DNA of 64,000 nt, from contig OX597815.1 of assembly GCA_951406725.2 (NCBI GenBank), positions 211,482,001 to 211,546,000 on the forward strand, in the 5' to 3' direction. Within the stretch, counting starts at the first letter, position 1. Each line of letters begins with the position of its first letter. Positions 13,130-26,591 of this stretch are shown here, piece after piece. A program made the translations under genes and the position numbers. Source of the DNA: Octopus vulgaris. Lineage: Eukaryota. The notes under the pieces were generated by a model. That model worked only from the letters and a program-made list of their open reading frames with translations, ran no database searches and was not told the DNA's origin.

Positions 13130-13640
13130 CTTTTTATTCTGAGGTCCCAGTAATATTATTTGCTCCATTCGTCTCAGCTTTAACTGGATTGATATGGCCA
13201 CATCGTTCCTTGTAAGAAGATAATATCTCGTAGTCATTCTGTCACATTTAACAAACATGTAGTTAATGCTTTCATGGTTTTGCATTGTCAACACTACTTG
13301 ACGATATTTGCTGTCTTTTGTGAAGACAGAATTTAGCGATGAGGTGGATCTCCTGCTTTTGGGCTTCATAGAAGTTACATTTAACGTGAAATGCTATAAA
13401 TTCGTTGGTACTTTTTATTAGGCTTTCAGCATGGTTTATTCCCTCCATGGCCTGGTTTTTCGATTCAAGTACCCGTATACAGCTATCTCGATCAGCGAAC
13501 TAATGGTTCATTTTGTGATTTTCTCGTTACGTTAAGTAGGGTTTTCCATTATCTATTAGAGAGAGACTAAGCCTCTTCTCATGTTCACAAACCACCAAAG
13601 ACGTTTTTATGTCCGCACTTGCACAGCTGAGCTTTTTATT
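13130..13640 (-). mobile_element. Degenerate non-LTR retrotransposon fragment, possibly R4/Dong-like (RLE class)
   Basis: Minus-strand frames give ..EAQKQEI.. and INYMFVKCDRMTTRYYLLTRNDVA. From memory this resembles the QEQEI..H-x4-C..RYY..RHD region around the CCHC knuckle of R4-type ORFs. Stops and frameshifts present. Confidence 0.45.
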
Positions 13641-13688
13641 TTATTTCTCTACTCGTCATGTTACTGCAGTATTTTTTAAATTTATTTA

Positions 13689-13981
13689 TGCGCCCTTTTC
13701 AAGCCTAGCCAGGCTCATGGGCCTGGTTTCCCGGTTTCTATGACGTATGTGTTCCCCCCACCTGGACGAGACGCCAGTCCATCGCAGTGTTACTCAAGAA
13801 ACAGGAAGAAAGAGTGAGAGAAAGTTGGGGCGAAAGAGTACACCAGGGGTCGCCACCACCCCCTGCCGGAGCATCGTGGAGCTTTTAGGTATATTCGCTC
13901 AATAAACACAGACAACGCCCGGTCTGGGAATCGAAACCGCGATCCTCCTACCGCGAGTCCGCTGCCCTAACCACTGGGCCA
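13689..13981 (-). mobile_element. SINE family C with tail 1
   Basis: Head TGGCCCAGTGGTTAGGGCAGCGGACTCGCGG..GGTTTCGATTCCC; tail GATGGACTGGCGTC..GAAAAGGGCGCA. Confidence 0.85.
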
Positions 13982-14079
13982 CTTCAGTGTTACAATCCAA
14001 TATATATGATACATACAACATGCAGAGAGCTTTGGATGACAGTATTTTGTTTTATCTGGCGATAATTTTCCTTAGCAAC

Positions 14080-14480
14080 TCTTTTACTCTTTTCCTTGTT
14101 TTAGTTGTTGGACTGCGGCCATGCTGGGGCACTGCTTTGAAGAGTTCAGTCGGAAAAGAAAAACCCGATTCAAGTATACTTAACTTATTTTATAAATAAA
14201 TCTAGAACTTATTTCATTTGCCGAACCGCTGTGTGGCAGGGATGTAAACAAATCAACACTGGTTAACATGCGGTGAAAGGTACAAACACACAGACTCTCT
14301 CTATCACACACACACACACACGACTGGCTCCCACACAGATCTTGCCAGTCAAATTCACTCACAATGCAGTGAACGACCAGGGGCTATAGTAGAAGACATT
14401 TGCCCAAGGTGCTATGCAGTGAGACTGAACTCAAAACCTCGTGACTCACGAAGCCAACTTCTTAAACACCCAGTCATGAT
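14080..14480 (-). mobile_element. SINE B, diverged
   Basis: Recognisable tail and head motifs (GACTGCGGCCATGCTGG; GCTATAGTAGAAGACATTTGCCCAAGG). Confidence 0.75.
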
Positions 14481-14845
14481 TGTAACTATACACGGCTTTC
14501 TCTAATTAAGTATCATCATGAGTTGATGACACATCCCTGCGTGGATGTTGCATTTCTTGGCGAATAACTACGGAAAGGTTAAGCAACTGATGGATGTGTT
14601 GCTAGACTAGCGTGTAGTTTGCTCTCATATTTCTAAAATCTTAAAAGAATAATTATTTAAACCAAGTTTTATCCTTATAATTTCTGAGGTAGACCTAACT
14701 AGCTCTAGGCACTTGTTAATGTTGCTGATATTTTGATATATGCTCCCAAATTTTGACATCTTCGTCTAAAACAAGATTGTACCACTAATTGATTGAATTT
14801 GGAGGATGCGAGTCAGTTTGCTTTGCACTTTGGAAACTTCAGGCT

Positions 14846-14922
<77 letters not shown>

Positions 14923-15136
14923 ATCTACCTACCTACGTATGCATGCATGTATGTACGTGCAATGTATATATGCATGTATATATGTTTGTACGCTCTGAGT
15001 TCAAATTCTGCCGAGGTCGACTTTACCTTTCATTCTTTCGAGGTCGATAAATTAAGTACCAGTTGAGTGCCTATAGTAGAAAAGAAATGTTTGTATGTAT
15101 GATATATATGCATGTATGTATGATGTGTGTATAAAT

Positions 15137-15182
<46 letters not shown>

Positions 15183-15223
15183 CATACATACATACATACA
15201 TACATACATACATACATACATAC

Positions 15224-15278
<55 letters not shown>

Positions 15279-15626
15279 TATAGAAGATACCTGCTCAAGG
15301 TGCTGTGCAGTGGGACTGAAACCACAACCATGTCGCTGCAAAGCAAACTTCTTAACCACCCAACTGTCCCCGCGCCTGTGGCAGATTTTCTTCACAATGA
15401 ATCCGCCTTTGAAGTCTCACGAAAGCATCTTGACATTATTTGTCTTCAAACCTAATAATCTAATAATAAACACAAAGAACCAAAACATCAACTCAAGTTG
15501 TAATCATGTCGCGTAGAGAAGTAGCCTGAAGGGTCTTTGTTTATTTTTGCGCAATACTTATGTCAGAATCGTAGGTCCCCCACGGTAGCACACTCTATGA
15601 CAATAAGCATCGTGCTCCACAGATGT

Positions 15627-15671
<45 letters not shown>

Positions 15672-15825
15672 TGTGTGCGTACAGACATGTTTACATAAAT
15701 ATCCATGTACGTATGTATCCACACACACACACACGCACACACACACACACACATATATATATAGCTAAATACATAAATAGATAATATATTGCATATATAT
15801 ATATATATATATATATATACACTCA

Positions 15826-16216
15826 TACATCCATCCATCCATCCATCCATACATACATACATACATACATACATACAAACATACATACATACATACATAC
15901 ATACAAACATACATACATACATACATACATACATACATACATACATACATACATACATACATACATACATACATACATACATACATACATACATACATAC
16001 AAACATACATACATACATACATACATACATACATACAAACATACATACATACATACATACATACATACATACATACATACATACATACAAACATACATAC
16101 ATACATACATACATACATACATACATACATACATACATACATACATACAAACATACATACATACATACATACATACATACATACATACATACATACATAC
16201 ATACATACATACATAC
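15826..16216. repeat. (CATA)n array (similar arrays at 38075-38350 and 54110-54670)
   Basis: About 390 bp of near-perfect tetranucleotide repeat. Confidence 0.95.
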
Positions 16217-16711
16217 GAATGCAAACATGATTACGTGTAAAACATGTGACGCTGGTAGACACAGCTGACATTGAATATATTCCTTCCTTTTAACAGCACA
16301 TGTTCCAGCATTAACGACAGTTTTCCTACATTTTATCTTTTTCCCACCCATTCATGCTTTCTCTACCCCACCCCCACCCCACCTCTCTCTCTCTCTCTCT
16401 CTCTGTCTCTCTGTCCCTCTCTCTCTTACACACATGTGTGTATGTATGATCTTTTATATTTTTAATTACTTGAAATAAGGAAGGAGTTGGTTTCCAGTAG
16501 AGATTCAAAGATTCGTCGTTGGAATTTAGATAGCAGAATCAATTTCACATTTCAAACTTTAGAAAAGTCTTGCATATTTCTACAGTTCCTCTTACAGACT
16601 ATATTTTGTAATGTGCGAATTAACTGGTTGATATCTTTTTTTCTGAAAACCCAAGCTTATCCAGATTGTCTCTTTGACATTTATCCACAAAATCAGGAGT
16701 GCCAATTATTG

Positions 16712-16779
<68 letters not shown>

Positions 16780-17539
16780 TAAAGTTAGAAGTTTTGAAGC
16801 AGTTGTCCGTAGTTATTCTCTCAGTATGTATATATATATAAAGGTATGTATGTATGTAAGTGTATGTATGCAGGCGTACGTGTGGTTGTGTGTGAATCAA
16901 AGCTAAAAGTTTTGAAGCAGTTGTCCGTAGTTATCCTTTCTGTATGTATGTATGTATGTATGTATAAAGGTATGTATGTATGTATGTATGTATGTATGTA
17001 TGTATGTATGTATGTATGTATGTATGTATGTATGTATGTATGTGTGTATGTGTGTGTGTTTATGTGTGTGTGAGTGAGTGAAAACACCACTGTTTCCTAG
17101 TTTTATCAATATCGATTTCAAGATTTCTTTTTAATCATATTTTCGAATGAGAACTTTTGAGGTTTTTTTTAAAACAGAAAAACAGAAAAAAAAAATCCTA
17201 CTCAAATCCATCATTATCGTTTTATTACCTTTACAGTCTCGCATTCCGTTTGAAGTGTTCTTGGCATGTGTAGCTGCCTTTTATGGTAAGCAAGGTTAAT
17301 GGGATCGGTTTAGATATTAACGTTTCAATTTGAATGTTTGACCATTAAAATTAAAATATCCTCAATTAAGCAGTCTATTTTCCTTTGCCACACTTGTGTA
17401 TCATTTATAAGTTTAGTTTAGTACTGTGCACACGATCACGCACACTCACACACGTACACATACGGGTACACACGCGCGCAAACGCATATATACACACATG
17501 CGTGTGTTTATTATACCATGTGTTTACATTTAATGTAGG

Positions 17540-17910
17540 TTTCAAAATTTTGGCACAATACCAGTAATCTTGGGGAAAGGGGGCTAATCGATTATATCGA
17601 GCCCCAGTACTCAGCTGGTACTTATATTATCGACCCCGAAAGGATGAAAGGCAAAGTCGACTTCGGTGGAATTTGAGATCAGAACATAAAAAATGACGAA
17701 ATGCCACTATGCATTTTGCTATGCATTTTGCCCGGCGTGCTACCGACAGGACTTATTCTTTGTAAGCCTACTACTTATTCTATCGGTCTCTTTTGCCGAA
17801 CCGCTAAGTTACGGGGACGTAAACACACCGGCATCGGTTGTCAAGCGATGTTGGGGGGACAAACACAGACACACAAACATATATACGCACACACACACAC
17901 AAACATATAT

Positions 17911-17944
<34 letters not shown>

Positions 17945-18104
17945 GATGGTTTTCTTTCAGTTTCCGTCTACCAAATCCACTCACAAGGCTTTGGTCGACT
18001 CGAGGCTATAGTAGAAGACACTTGCCCAAGGTGCCACGCAGTACGACTGAACCCGGAACCATGTGGCTCGTGAGCAAGCTACTTACCACACAGCCATTCC
18101 TACG

Positions 18105-18107
<3 letters not shown>
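17540..18107 (-). mobile_element. Adjacent SINE A (17540-17745) and SINE B (17746-18107)
   Basis: Family motifs as above; the B tail abuts the A head. Confidence 0.8.
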
Positions 18108-18150
<43 letters not shown>

Positions 18151-18518
18151 CACACATACACACACACATTCATACATATATAGATGTGTGTGTGTTTGTG
18201 CATATATGCTTACATATGAATATACATGTGCATAAGCAGACATTTAAATTATTTGAGCAGACTTATTGACGGATTTTTAACTCAACACAAACACACGCGC
18301 CCCAGCACGGACACAAACACTTGCACACGTATCCGCTTGTGTAGATGGTTATGTGCAGACGCTTAAATAGCTTTCATCTGGTTACATTTCACCTCGTAAT
18401 TAATGTAATAGGAACAACTTGTCCCAGTAATTATGTTTCTGTGTTTACTTAAGTATTTTTCTACGTGTGTATGTGTGTTTGTGTGAGTGGATTTTTCCAT
18501 ATATAAGCGTGGCACGCA

Positions 18519-18583
<65 letters not shown>

Positions 18584-19290
18584 GTGTGTGTATATATGTG
18601 CGTGTGTGTGTGTCTATAAAATATTTGACTGGTCCCGGGGGTGGGTAGTGTTGAAAGCATCTCTGAATCTGCGCTTGACGAGGGCCAAATACAACGTCAT
18701 TTTCGATAGAGAGTAAAGGGTGTAACTATTCTATTCTATCCCCTCTTTCTCTTTCCATCTCTCTGTCTCTTTCTCTCTCTCACACACACTCTCCCTTTCT
18801 CTCCCCTCTCCCCCTCTCCCTCCCATTAATTCTCGATACATCTGTATGTGTATGTATATTTTGTATACACACAAATTCTTTTCGTCTTAGAGCAGCGCGG
18901 CCTTCTTTTGTTTGGATACCGTATATTTATTCCATTCTGTTTGTATATTCCCAATTGTGTCGTGTTTGTTTTCGTCAATGTCTCCAGCGTTCGATCGCAA
19001 TTCCCAGCAGCTTCTCGCTGTTGACACCACCAAAGGTGACCAATATTCTCATTAAAGGCGTGAAATCGTAAGAATCTTTTGAACGACAGCTGACGAGAAA
19101 TGAGCAACGTTCCGTCTTGTGTGTGAATTTTTCGTTTGTTCCTTTACTGTGTTTCTGTTTAGATTTTGGAATGAAGCGGTTCGGCAAAAATGACCGATAG
19201 AATAAACACCAGGCGTAAAGATAAAGAAAATAAATATTCGGGTCGATTCGTTTGGCTAACATTCTTCAAGGCGGAGCCCCTGCATGAACC

Positions 19291-19608
19291 GCAAGACCTC
19301 CTTCGGTCATGACTGACCATGGGATTGCAACTAGAAAGTTACCCTCCCAGGCACAAGACCAGCAGTCGGCCATGCATACCGGCCTCCCCTCTCCACGCCA
19401 CCAGTGCTATCCAAGGGAAAGGCAACAACAGATACAGCTTGGCACTCGTGACGTCGCACCTCATTTCTAGAGCTGAGTGAACAAGAGCAACTTGAAATAA
19501 AGTGTCTTGCTCAAGAACACAACATGCAGCCCGGTCCGGGATTCGAACTCACAACCTCACGATCGTAATGTAAGCTCGACGATCTAACCACTAAGCCATG
19601 CGCCTTCA
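19291..19608 (-). mobile_element. SINE family D with tail 4, nested in a SINE B tail
   Basis: Head GAAGGCGCATGGCTTAGTGGTTAG..GAGTTCGAATCCC, body GTGTTCTTGAGCAAGACAC; 8-bp direct repeat CATGAACC on both sides. Confidence 0.8.
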
Positions 19609-19644
19609 CATGAACCAAGTAAATGGTAAATGATATATATATAT

Positions 19645-20032
19645 CTTGGTTTAGTCATTTGCCTGCAGCCATACTGTGGTACCGCCTTGGAGGGTTTTTT
19701 TTTTAGTCGAACAAATCGATCCCAGGACTTATTTTTTAAAACCTAGTACTTATTCTATCGGCCACTCTTGCCAAATTACGAGGACGTAAACACACCAACA
19801 CCGGTTGTCAAGCGGTGTGGGGAGACAAACAGCGACACGAAGACGCGCGCGCGTGCAGACATAGATATACATACATATACGTCAGACTTCTTTCAGTTTT
19901 CGCCTCCCAAATTCACTCACTAGGCTTTGGTCGGCCCACACCTATAGTAGTAAACACTTACCCGAAGTGCTAAGCAGTGGGACTGAACCCAGAACCATGT
20001 GGTTGGGAAGCAACCTTCTTACCACACAGCCA
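19645..20032 (-). mobile_element. SINE B
   Basis: Family motifs in the expected order. Confidence 0.8.
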
Positions 20033-20101
20033 TACACACACTTCCTTAACACACATGCACTTACACTCACACACAACGCTTACGTGTGCGCGTGTGTATA
20101 T

Positions 20102-20150
<49 letters not shown>

Positions 20151-20459
20151 TGTATATATATATATGGATTGTGCCTGTTATATTAATCACAGACAGCAAT
20201 GTTGCCAAATATATCGTATGTAGTATTATGCATTTTTTCATATACACGCTGGTATGCATGTATACGTATGTTACTGTATGCGTATGTATGTTTGATGAGT
20301 CAATTTGAGTTGGCGTATGAGCGTGTGTATAGTGTTAAAATACTCCTGATTAAATATTTGCTATATATATGTGTGTGGCGGTGAAATGGTTGCTCTTCTT
20401 TCTCTTGAAGTCCCTTAAATTTGATTTGACGTCATGCCACGCCATTTAACTTCTTAAAT

Positions 20460-21213
20460 TAATTTGAAAGTGTCAAGAAACCCATCTCAGTGCACTCTGC
20501 ATAATAGTGGAACATCAGAGAAACAAGTGGAGAGGTTGAAGTCTCTCGGAGCCGTATTCACGAGTGATGGAAGGCAGGAGGATAAATTAGATGCTGAAAC
20601 TACAGGCTCCTGTACAATAATGAGACACCGCCAGGATTCGATCCTAAGAAGAGGAGAGGTTGAAGGAAAGGCCAAATTCGTAGCTTTAGATCAGTTTCCG
20701 TGCTTTTCTTCATCTATGCTCGTGAATGTTGAGTAAAGAGTAAAGAGTAAAGAGTAGGTACCAGAATGCAAGTGACCGAAATGGGGTTTGTTCGAAGTGA
20801 CTCTGGAATTATGTTATTCAACAAGGCATGTACTTCGGAGATCATCAAGTACTTTCAGGTCGAACCGATACTTCTCCGCATTGAGAGGTCACAGCTCTCG
20901 TAGTAGGGACATGTGACTAGAATGTCGCAGGAAAGACTAGTGAAATGGATTCTTCAAGCCGAGCCAAGCGGCAGGAGATCAAAGAGTCGTCCAAGAACGA
21001 GAGCGATGGAGGATATCAATAGTCTCAGTTGGTACGCTTGGTATATTTCAAATGGAAAGTGCAATGACGGTTGCTTCTGATAGGATCCTACGGAGGAAGG
21101 TGCCAGAAGACTCTACTCCAACGACCCTCCAAAGAATAGTAGCGAGAAGGATGGCTGAATGAATGAATGAATGAATGAATGAATGAATTGATGGATGGAT
21201 GGATGGATGGATG
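20460..21213 (+). mobile_element. 3' fragment of an RTE-clade LINE (Expander/Rex3-like), pseudogenised
   Basis: KQVERLKSLGAVFTSDGR.., RMQVTEMGFVR.., VEPILLRIERSQLS**GHVTRM..GRRSKSRPRTR follow the RTE RT C-terminal pattern (QVEEFKYLG, QLRWLGH, GRPRTRW). Ends in (GAAT)n(GGAT)n. Confidence 0.8.
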
Positions 21214-21515
21214 GAATTAATTTGGTAGCAACGTTGTAAAGAAATATTAAATGAAATTTCACGTCCGAAAAAATTGACACGTGGAATAATGTATGATATG
21301 GAAACAATTACTTCCTTCACATATTTTATTTAATAATTTCATTAATGGAAAACTGACTAATGACTTATTTTTGTTCACCGTTTATATATATATTTATATA
21401 TATATATGTATGTGCGTGTGTGTGTGTGTGTGTGTGTGGATATATTTATCTATATATATATACATTATACGCGCAGGTAAGTGCGCGTATAATGTTATTA
21501 TATGAATGCGTATGT

Positions 21516-21580
<65 letters not shown>

Positions 21581-21994
21581 GGCGTAGAAGTGGCTGTGTG
21601 GTAAGTAACTTGCTTACGAACCACATGGTTCCGGATTCAGTCCCACTGCGTGGCACCTTGGGCAAGTGTCTTCTACTATAGCCTCGGGCCGACCAAAGCC
21701 TTGTGAATGGATTTGATAGACAGAAACTAAAAGAAGCCCGTCGTATATATGTATATACTTATATATACATATATGTGTGTATATGTTTGTGTGTCTCTGT
21801 TTGTCCCCCAGCATCGCTTGACAACCGATGCTGGTGTGTTTACGTCCCCGTAAGTTAGCGGTTCGGCAAAAGAGACCGATAGAATAAGTACTAGGCTTAC
21901 AAGGAATAAGTCCTGGGGTCGATTTGCTCGACTAAAGGCGGTGCTCCAGCATGGCCACAGTCAAATGACTGAAACAAGTAAAAGAGTAAAAGAG
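21581..21994 (+). mobile_element. Full-length SINE B
   Basis: From GGCGTAGAAGTGGCTGTGTGG to GTAAAAGAGTAAAAGAG; embedded in (TA)n. Confidence 0.9.
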
Positions 21995-22025
<31 letters not shown>

Positions 22026-22036
22026 GTATGCACAAA

Positions 22037-22073
<37 letters not shown>

Positions 22074-22789
22074 CTTTGGAAATATCCATTCATTAATGCA
22101 GCATTTTATCACCATAAATGCAAAAATATATCCATGAAGTGACCTCTACATTTGAATGACTGGTCTTTGTGAAGAGCGAAGATGATGCTTTGTCGAATGT
22201 TTGTCAATTTAATCAAGAAGAGTAGATTGAAAGATTGAAAACAAGTAATGGTAAGTATAAAACTCCTAACTGAAGAAGTTCTTTCCAATGAAAGCAAGAT
22301 CAGAAGACTTCCTTACGTTGTCACCGAGTTGTAAATTACTTTAAATAGAAAAAAATATAGTAGCTGTGTACCGTCTGAACAAATGAAGTTCTGTCTGTCC
22401 GTTGGATGACATTTTTGAAAATGATACGATCTAAAATGTTTATGTACTCAGCAGCTGCATTAGTCCAGATATGAAACCAATGTAGACGCAGGCGTGGTTA
22501 CAGACGCTGGCGTGATTATAAGCGCAGGCGCAGGCGTGGCTGTGTGGTAAGAAGTTTTACTTCCCAACCACATGGTGCCGGTTTCAGTCCACTGTGTTGC
22601 CACTTGGTTTACTTTCCAACCACGTGGTGCCGTCCTCCAAAGCCTTGTGAGTGGATTTGGTAAACGGAAACTGAAAGAAGCTCGTCGCGTGTATGTGCGT
22701 GTGTGTGTGTGCGTGTGTGTGCGTGTGTGTATGTGTATGTCTATCTTTGAGTCCTGACAATTGCTTGAGAAGTGTTGTTTGCTTTTTTT

Positions 22790-23040
22790 TGCGCGCCCTT
22801 TTCAAGCCTAGCCAGGCTCATGGGCCCGGTTTCCGGGGCTCTATGGTGTATGTGTTCCTCCCAGCTGGACGGGACGCCAGTCCATCGCAGCGTTACTCAA
22901 GAAACAGGAAGAAAGAGTGAGAGAAAGTTGTGGTGAAAGAGTACAACAGGGGTCGCCACCAACCCCCTGCCGGAGCCTCGTGGAGCTTTAGGTGTTTTCG
23001 CTCGATACACACACACACAACGCCCGATCTGGGAATCGAA
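22790..23040 (-). mobile_element. 5'-truncated SINE C with tail 1, inside a diverged SINE B (about 22525-23080)
   Basis: Family motifs; B head upstream and B tail end (GCATGGCTGCAGT..AAGTAAAAGA) downstream. Confidence 0.8.
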
Positions 23041-23698
23041 GCATGGCTGCAGTTTAATGGCCGCAACAAGTAAAAGATAAAATAATCTTCTAACGCAAGA
23101 GCACTCATGTTTGTAGCCTGTTGCAACTGTTTTGAGCTAAAGTGAAAACTCTGTTTTGAGATACAGTTATGAATATCTTACAGTTGTTATGGCTACCACA
23201 AAAAGATCGTCAGAGATTGCATGACGTAACGTTTGTCTAATATTCAAACGGTTTTATCTTCATTAGATGTTGGTGCATTTCCGCCATTGATTAACCTCCT
23301 GTGATTCCTGGTTGACCAGGCTTACAATGAATGGTGTTCAAGCTGTGAGCATCCCCTCATTTAGTCTGGCATTGCGTATCTAGGATCGCCTTATCTAATA
23401 GCTCCTTCCTTTTGTAAATAAATATAATTTAAATTACAGGAATGTATTGACTACTTATATTTTTTTCAGTCTAAATAAAACTTAATTATCAATAAAAAAA
23501 ACAAAACACATTGACTTGGTATTTTAGAGCGTATTTTTCACAATTATTAACATATTTTAGGACTGTCATTTATATAAACATACAGTTACATAAACAATAC
23601 AGCAATAATCACAATAATGTACAATTAAAAAATAATACACAGCACTATCAATATAACAATAGAACACTATCAAATGTGCTATACAACACTAATAATAA

Positions 23699-23929
23699 GG
23701 CGGCGAGCTGGCAGAGACGTTAGCACGCCGGACGAAATACGTAGCCGTATTTCGTTTGCCGTTACGTTCCAAGTTCAAATTCCGTCGAGGTCGACTTTGC
23801 CTTTCATCCTTTCGGGGTCGATAAATTAAGTAATTAAGTACCAGTTACTCACTGGGGTTGATGTAATAGACTTGATCCCTTTGTCTGTCCTTGTTTGTGT
23901 TTAGCCCCTTGTGGGTATATAAAGAAAAA
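23699..23929 (+). mobile_element. Full-length SINE A (tail A1) with 18-bp TSD
   Basis: TATACAACACTAATAATA at 23680-23697 and 23930-23947. Confidence 0.9.
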
Positions 23930-24202
23930 TATACAACACTAATAATAGCAACAACAAAAAAACCGTTATCAGAATCTACATAAATATTAGACTACATGAA
24001 TAACATCCGGACAGTTAATAACATGATACAAAATTATAACAATGAAATTATGGGGGAGGATAACACCTATATAATCATTAATATAAAACAACACTATCAA
24101 CAGCATAACGAAACGATGTAGCAAAACATCATTATCTACAACATAAAACAATATTATCAACGTTACAGTACGACACTATCGACATTATAAAACAACATTA
24201 TT

Positions 24203-24588
24203 GGTGGAAGCACTCCGTCGGTTACGACGACGAGGGTTCCGGTTGATCCGAATCAACGGAACAGCCTGCTCGTGAAATTAACGTGTAAGTGGCTGAGCAC
24301 TCCACAGACACGTGCACCCTTAACGTAGTTCTCAGGGATATTCAGCGTGACACAGAGAGTGACAAGGCCGGCCCCTTGAAATACAGGTACAACAGAAACA
24401 GGAAGTAAGAGTGAGAGAAAGTTGTGGTCAAAGAGTACAGCAGGGATCACCACCATCCCCTGCCGGAGCCTCGTGGAGCTTTTAGGTGTTTTCGCTCAAT
24501 AAACACTCATAACGTCCGGTCTGGGAATCAAAACCGCGATCCTATGACCGCGAGTCCGCTGCCCTAACCACTGGGCCATTGCGCCTCC
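24203..24588 (-). mobile_element. SINE C with tail 2
   Basis: C head and body, then GTACCTGTATTTCAAGGGG..CAGGCTGTTCCGTTGAT..CCGACGGAGTGC. Flanked by TAAAACAACA(T/C)TATT. Confidence 0.85.
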
Positions 24589-24871
24589 CCTTAAAACAAC
24601 ACTATTAAAACATATAACAAAACAACGCTCTCAACAACATAAAAAATCAATACTATGAACAATATTACAAAACAAGTCTATCGTAAACATAACACTATCA
24701 ACAGCATTACTATTTACAGTTCTGTTAAAAAAAACCCACTGATGACAACATAAAACAACAACAAAATAGAACAGTATTATCAGCAACACAGTAAAGTACT
24801 ACCAACAGCATAAAGCGACAACACCAAACCAACGCTATCAACAACATTACAAAAACATTATCGACAGTATC

Positions 24872-25180
24872 TTGTCGCCCTTTTCAAGTCTAGCCAGGCT
24901 CATGGGCCCGGTTTCTTGGTTTCTATGATGTATGTGTCGCCCCACCCCAGCTGGACGGAACGCCAGTCCATCGCAGCGTTACTCAAGAAAACGGAAGAAA
25001 GAGTAAGAGAAAGTTGTGGCGAAAGAGTACAACAGGGGTCGCCATGACCCCCTGCCGGAGCCTCGTGGAGCTTTTAGGTGTTTTCGCTCAATAAACACAC
25101 ACAACACCTGGTCTGGAAATCGAAACCGCGAGCTTCCGACCGCGAGTCCGCTGTCCTAACCACTGGGCCATTGCGCCTCT
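24872..25180 (-). mobile_element. SINE C with tail 1
   Basis: Family motifs; flanked by TATCGAC(A/T)GTAT. Confidence 0.85.
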
Positions 25181-25384
25181 GCTATCGACTGTATAATAGA
25201 ACATTATTAATTGCATAATAATGAAATACGATTAACAACATAACAAAAAACAAAACACTATCACAAACATAGCAGAACAATGTTAGCAACAAAATAACCA
25301 GATATTATCAATAGAACAGACTATCACTTCCAAAAAGCATAGTAAACTATGCTATCAACAGTATAACAGTGCTATTAGCAATAT

Positions 25385-25603
25385 TAGGGGTTGGTGGAAA
25401 GTTTCTGGCTTTGAGTAAATGAAAATGCAGGAGGATCAGTTAATTAATATTTTATTCAACATGTTCCTCTCTCAGATTCGCACACTTATTGCAGCGGTCC
25501 TTCAGTTTTTCTCAACCCTGTTAAAGAACTCGGAAGGTTGGATCTTTTACAAGGCCTTTCGCGACACCCTTAAAACCAGGAATTTTTCAGCACCCACCTC
25601 GTA
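25385..25603. mobile_element. Mariner-derived MITE
   Basis: Imperfect TIRs TAGGGGTTGGTGGAAAGTTTCTGG / CCAGGAATTTTTCAGCACCCACCTCGTA with TA ends. Confidence 0.65.
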
Positions 25604-26085
25604 TAACAAATCAATACTTATCAATAATATAACATCACTACAGCATTATCAACAACGTAATATTGGTTTCAAATTTTAGCACAAAGCCAGCAATTTCGGA
25701 GAAGTGGTTAAAACGTACTTTGCTCGTAGTTATTTTACCAACTCCGAAACAATGAAAGTAAAGTCGATCCTGGCAGTATTTGAACTGAGAACGTAAGACC
25801 AGAAGAAATGTTGCTAAGCATTTTTCCGGTGCGGTAACGATTCTGCCAGCTCGCCGCCTTCAACAGTGTAGGAATATAATGAACTCAAATTGTGGCAGAG
25901 GGCCAGCAAATTCACTGGAAAGTACTGGTACATCGACCCCAGTACTCAACTGGTACTTATTTTATCAACCACGAAAGGATAAAAAGAATTAAAATGGACC
26001 TTGAAGGGATTTGAACGAAAACAGACGAAAGAAATGTCGCTAAGAATTTTGTCCGACGTGCAAACGATTCTGCTAGTTCGTTGCC

Positions 26086-26591
26086 TTAACCTCTTGGCAT
26101 TTAAACTGGCAAGAGTCAAAGTATTATAGCTGTTTTATGTTCAAGCTGGTCAGACCTGGGATCTTAACCTTTTGACCGACAGATTTTTAAAATAATTTTT
26201 TTGTAACTAAACACTTTCAAACTTCAGACACTGGTAGAATGTTACTCTTAGCGTTTTTGAGAAAAGCTTATATTTAGGAAGGTATTTCACGTTAAAGTTG
26301 TAGTATTTCGGTAATTTCAACCAATCAATGACGTGTATTCAGCTGAATAAAATTTATATGACACATTCTACCAGTGTCCGAAGTTTGAAAGTGTTTAGCT
26401 ATAAAAAATTATTTTTTAAATCTGTTGGTCAAAATGTAAAGATCCCAGACTGTTCTCTCACACCTATCCAACAATTCGGTGAAAATAATCACTTAGACAA
26501 TACCTCAAAGCTACGAGATAATGCCTAATTTGTTCAGTGTGATTAAATATGCATTACATTTGACAGAGTAATCTGATAACTAAAGGGTTAA
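26086..26591. mobile_element. piggyBac-type MITE (TTAA-CC..GG-TTAA) with a nested long-TIR MITE at 26156-26448
   Basis: TTAACCTCTT..TAAAGGGTTAA ends. The inner element has ~85-bp inverted arms (CTGGGATC..ACACTGGTAGAATGT / ACATTCTACCAGTGT..GATCCCAG). Confidence 0.7.

Larger units (their letters stand above)
23590..25660. repeat. Degenerate ~21-bp A/C-rich minisatellite (approx. AACACTATCAACAACATAAAAC) interrupted by insertions
   Basis: Recurrent CACTATCAA/CATTATCAA/TATTATCAA motifs at roughly 21-bp spacing. Confidence 0.65.
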
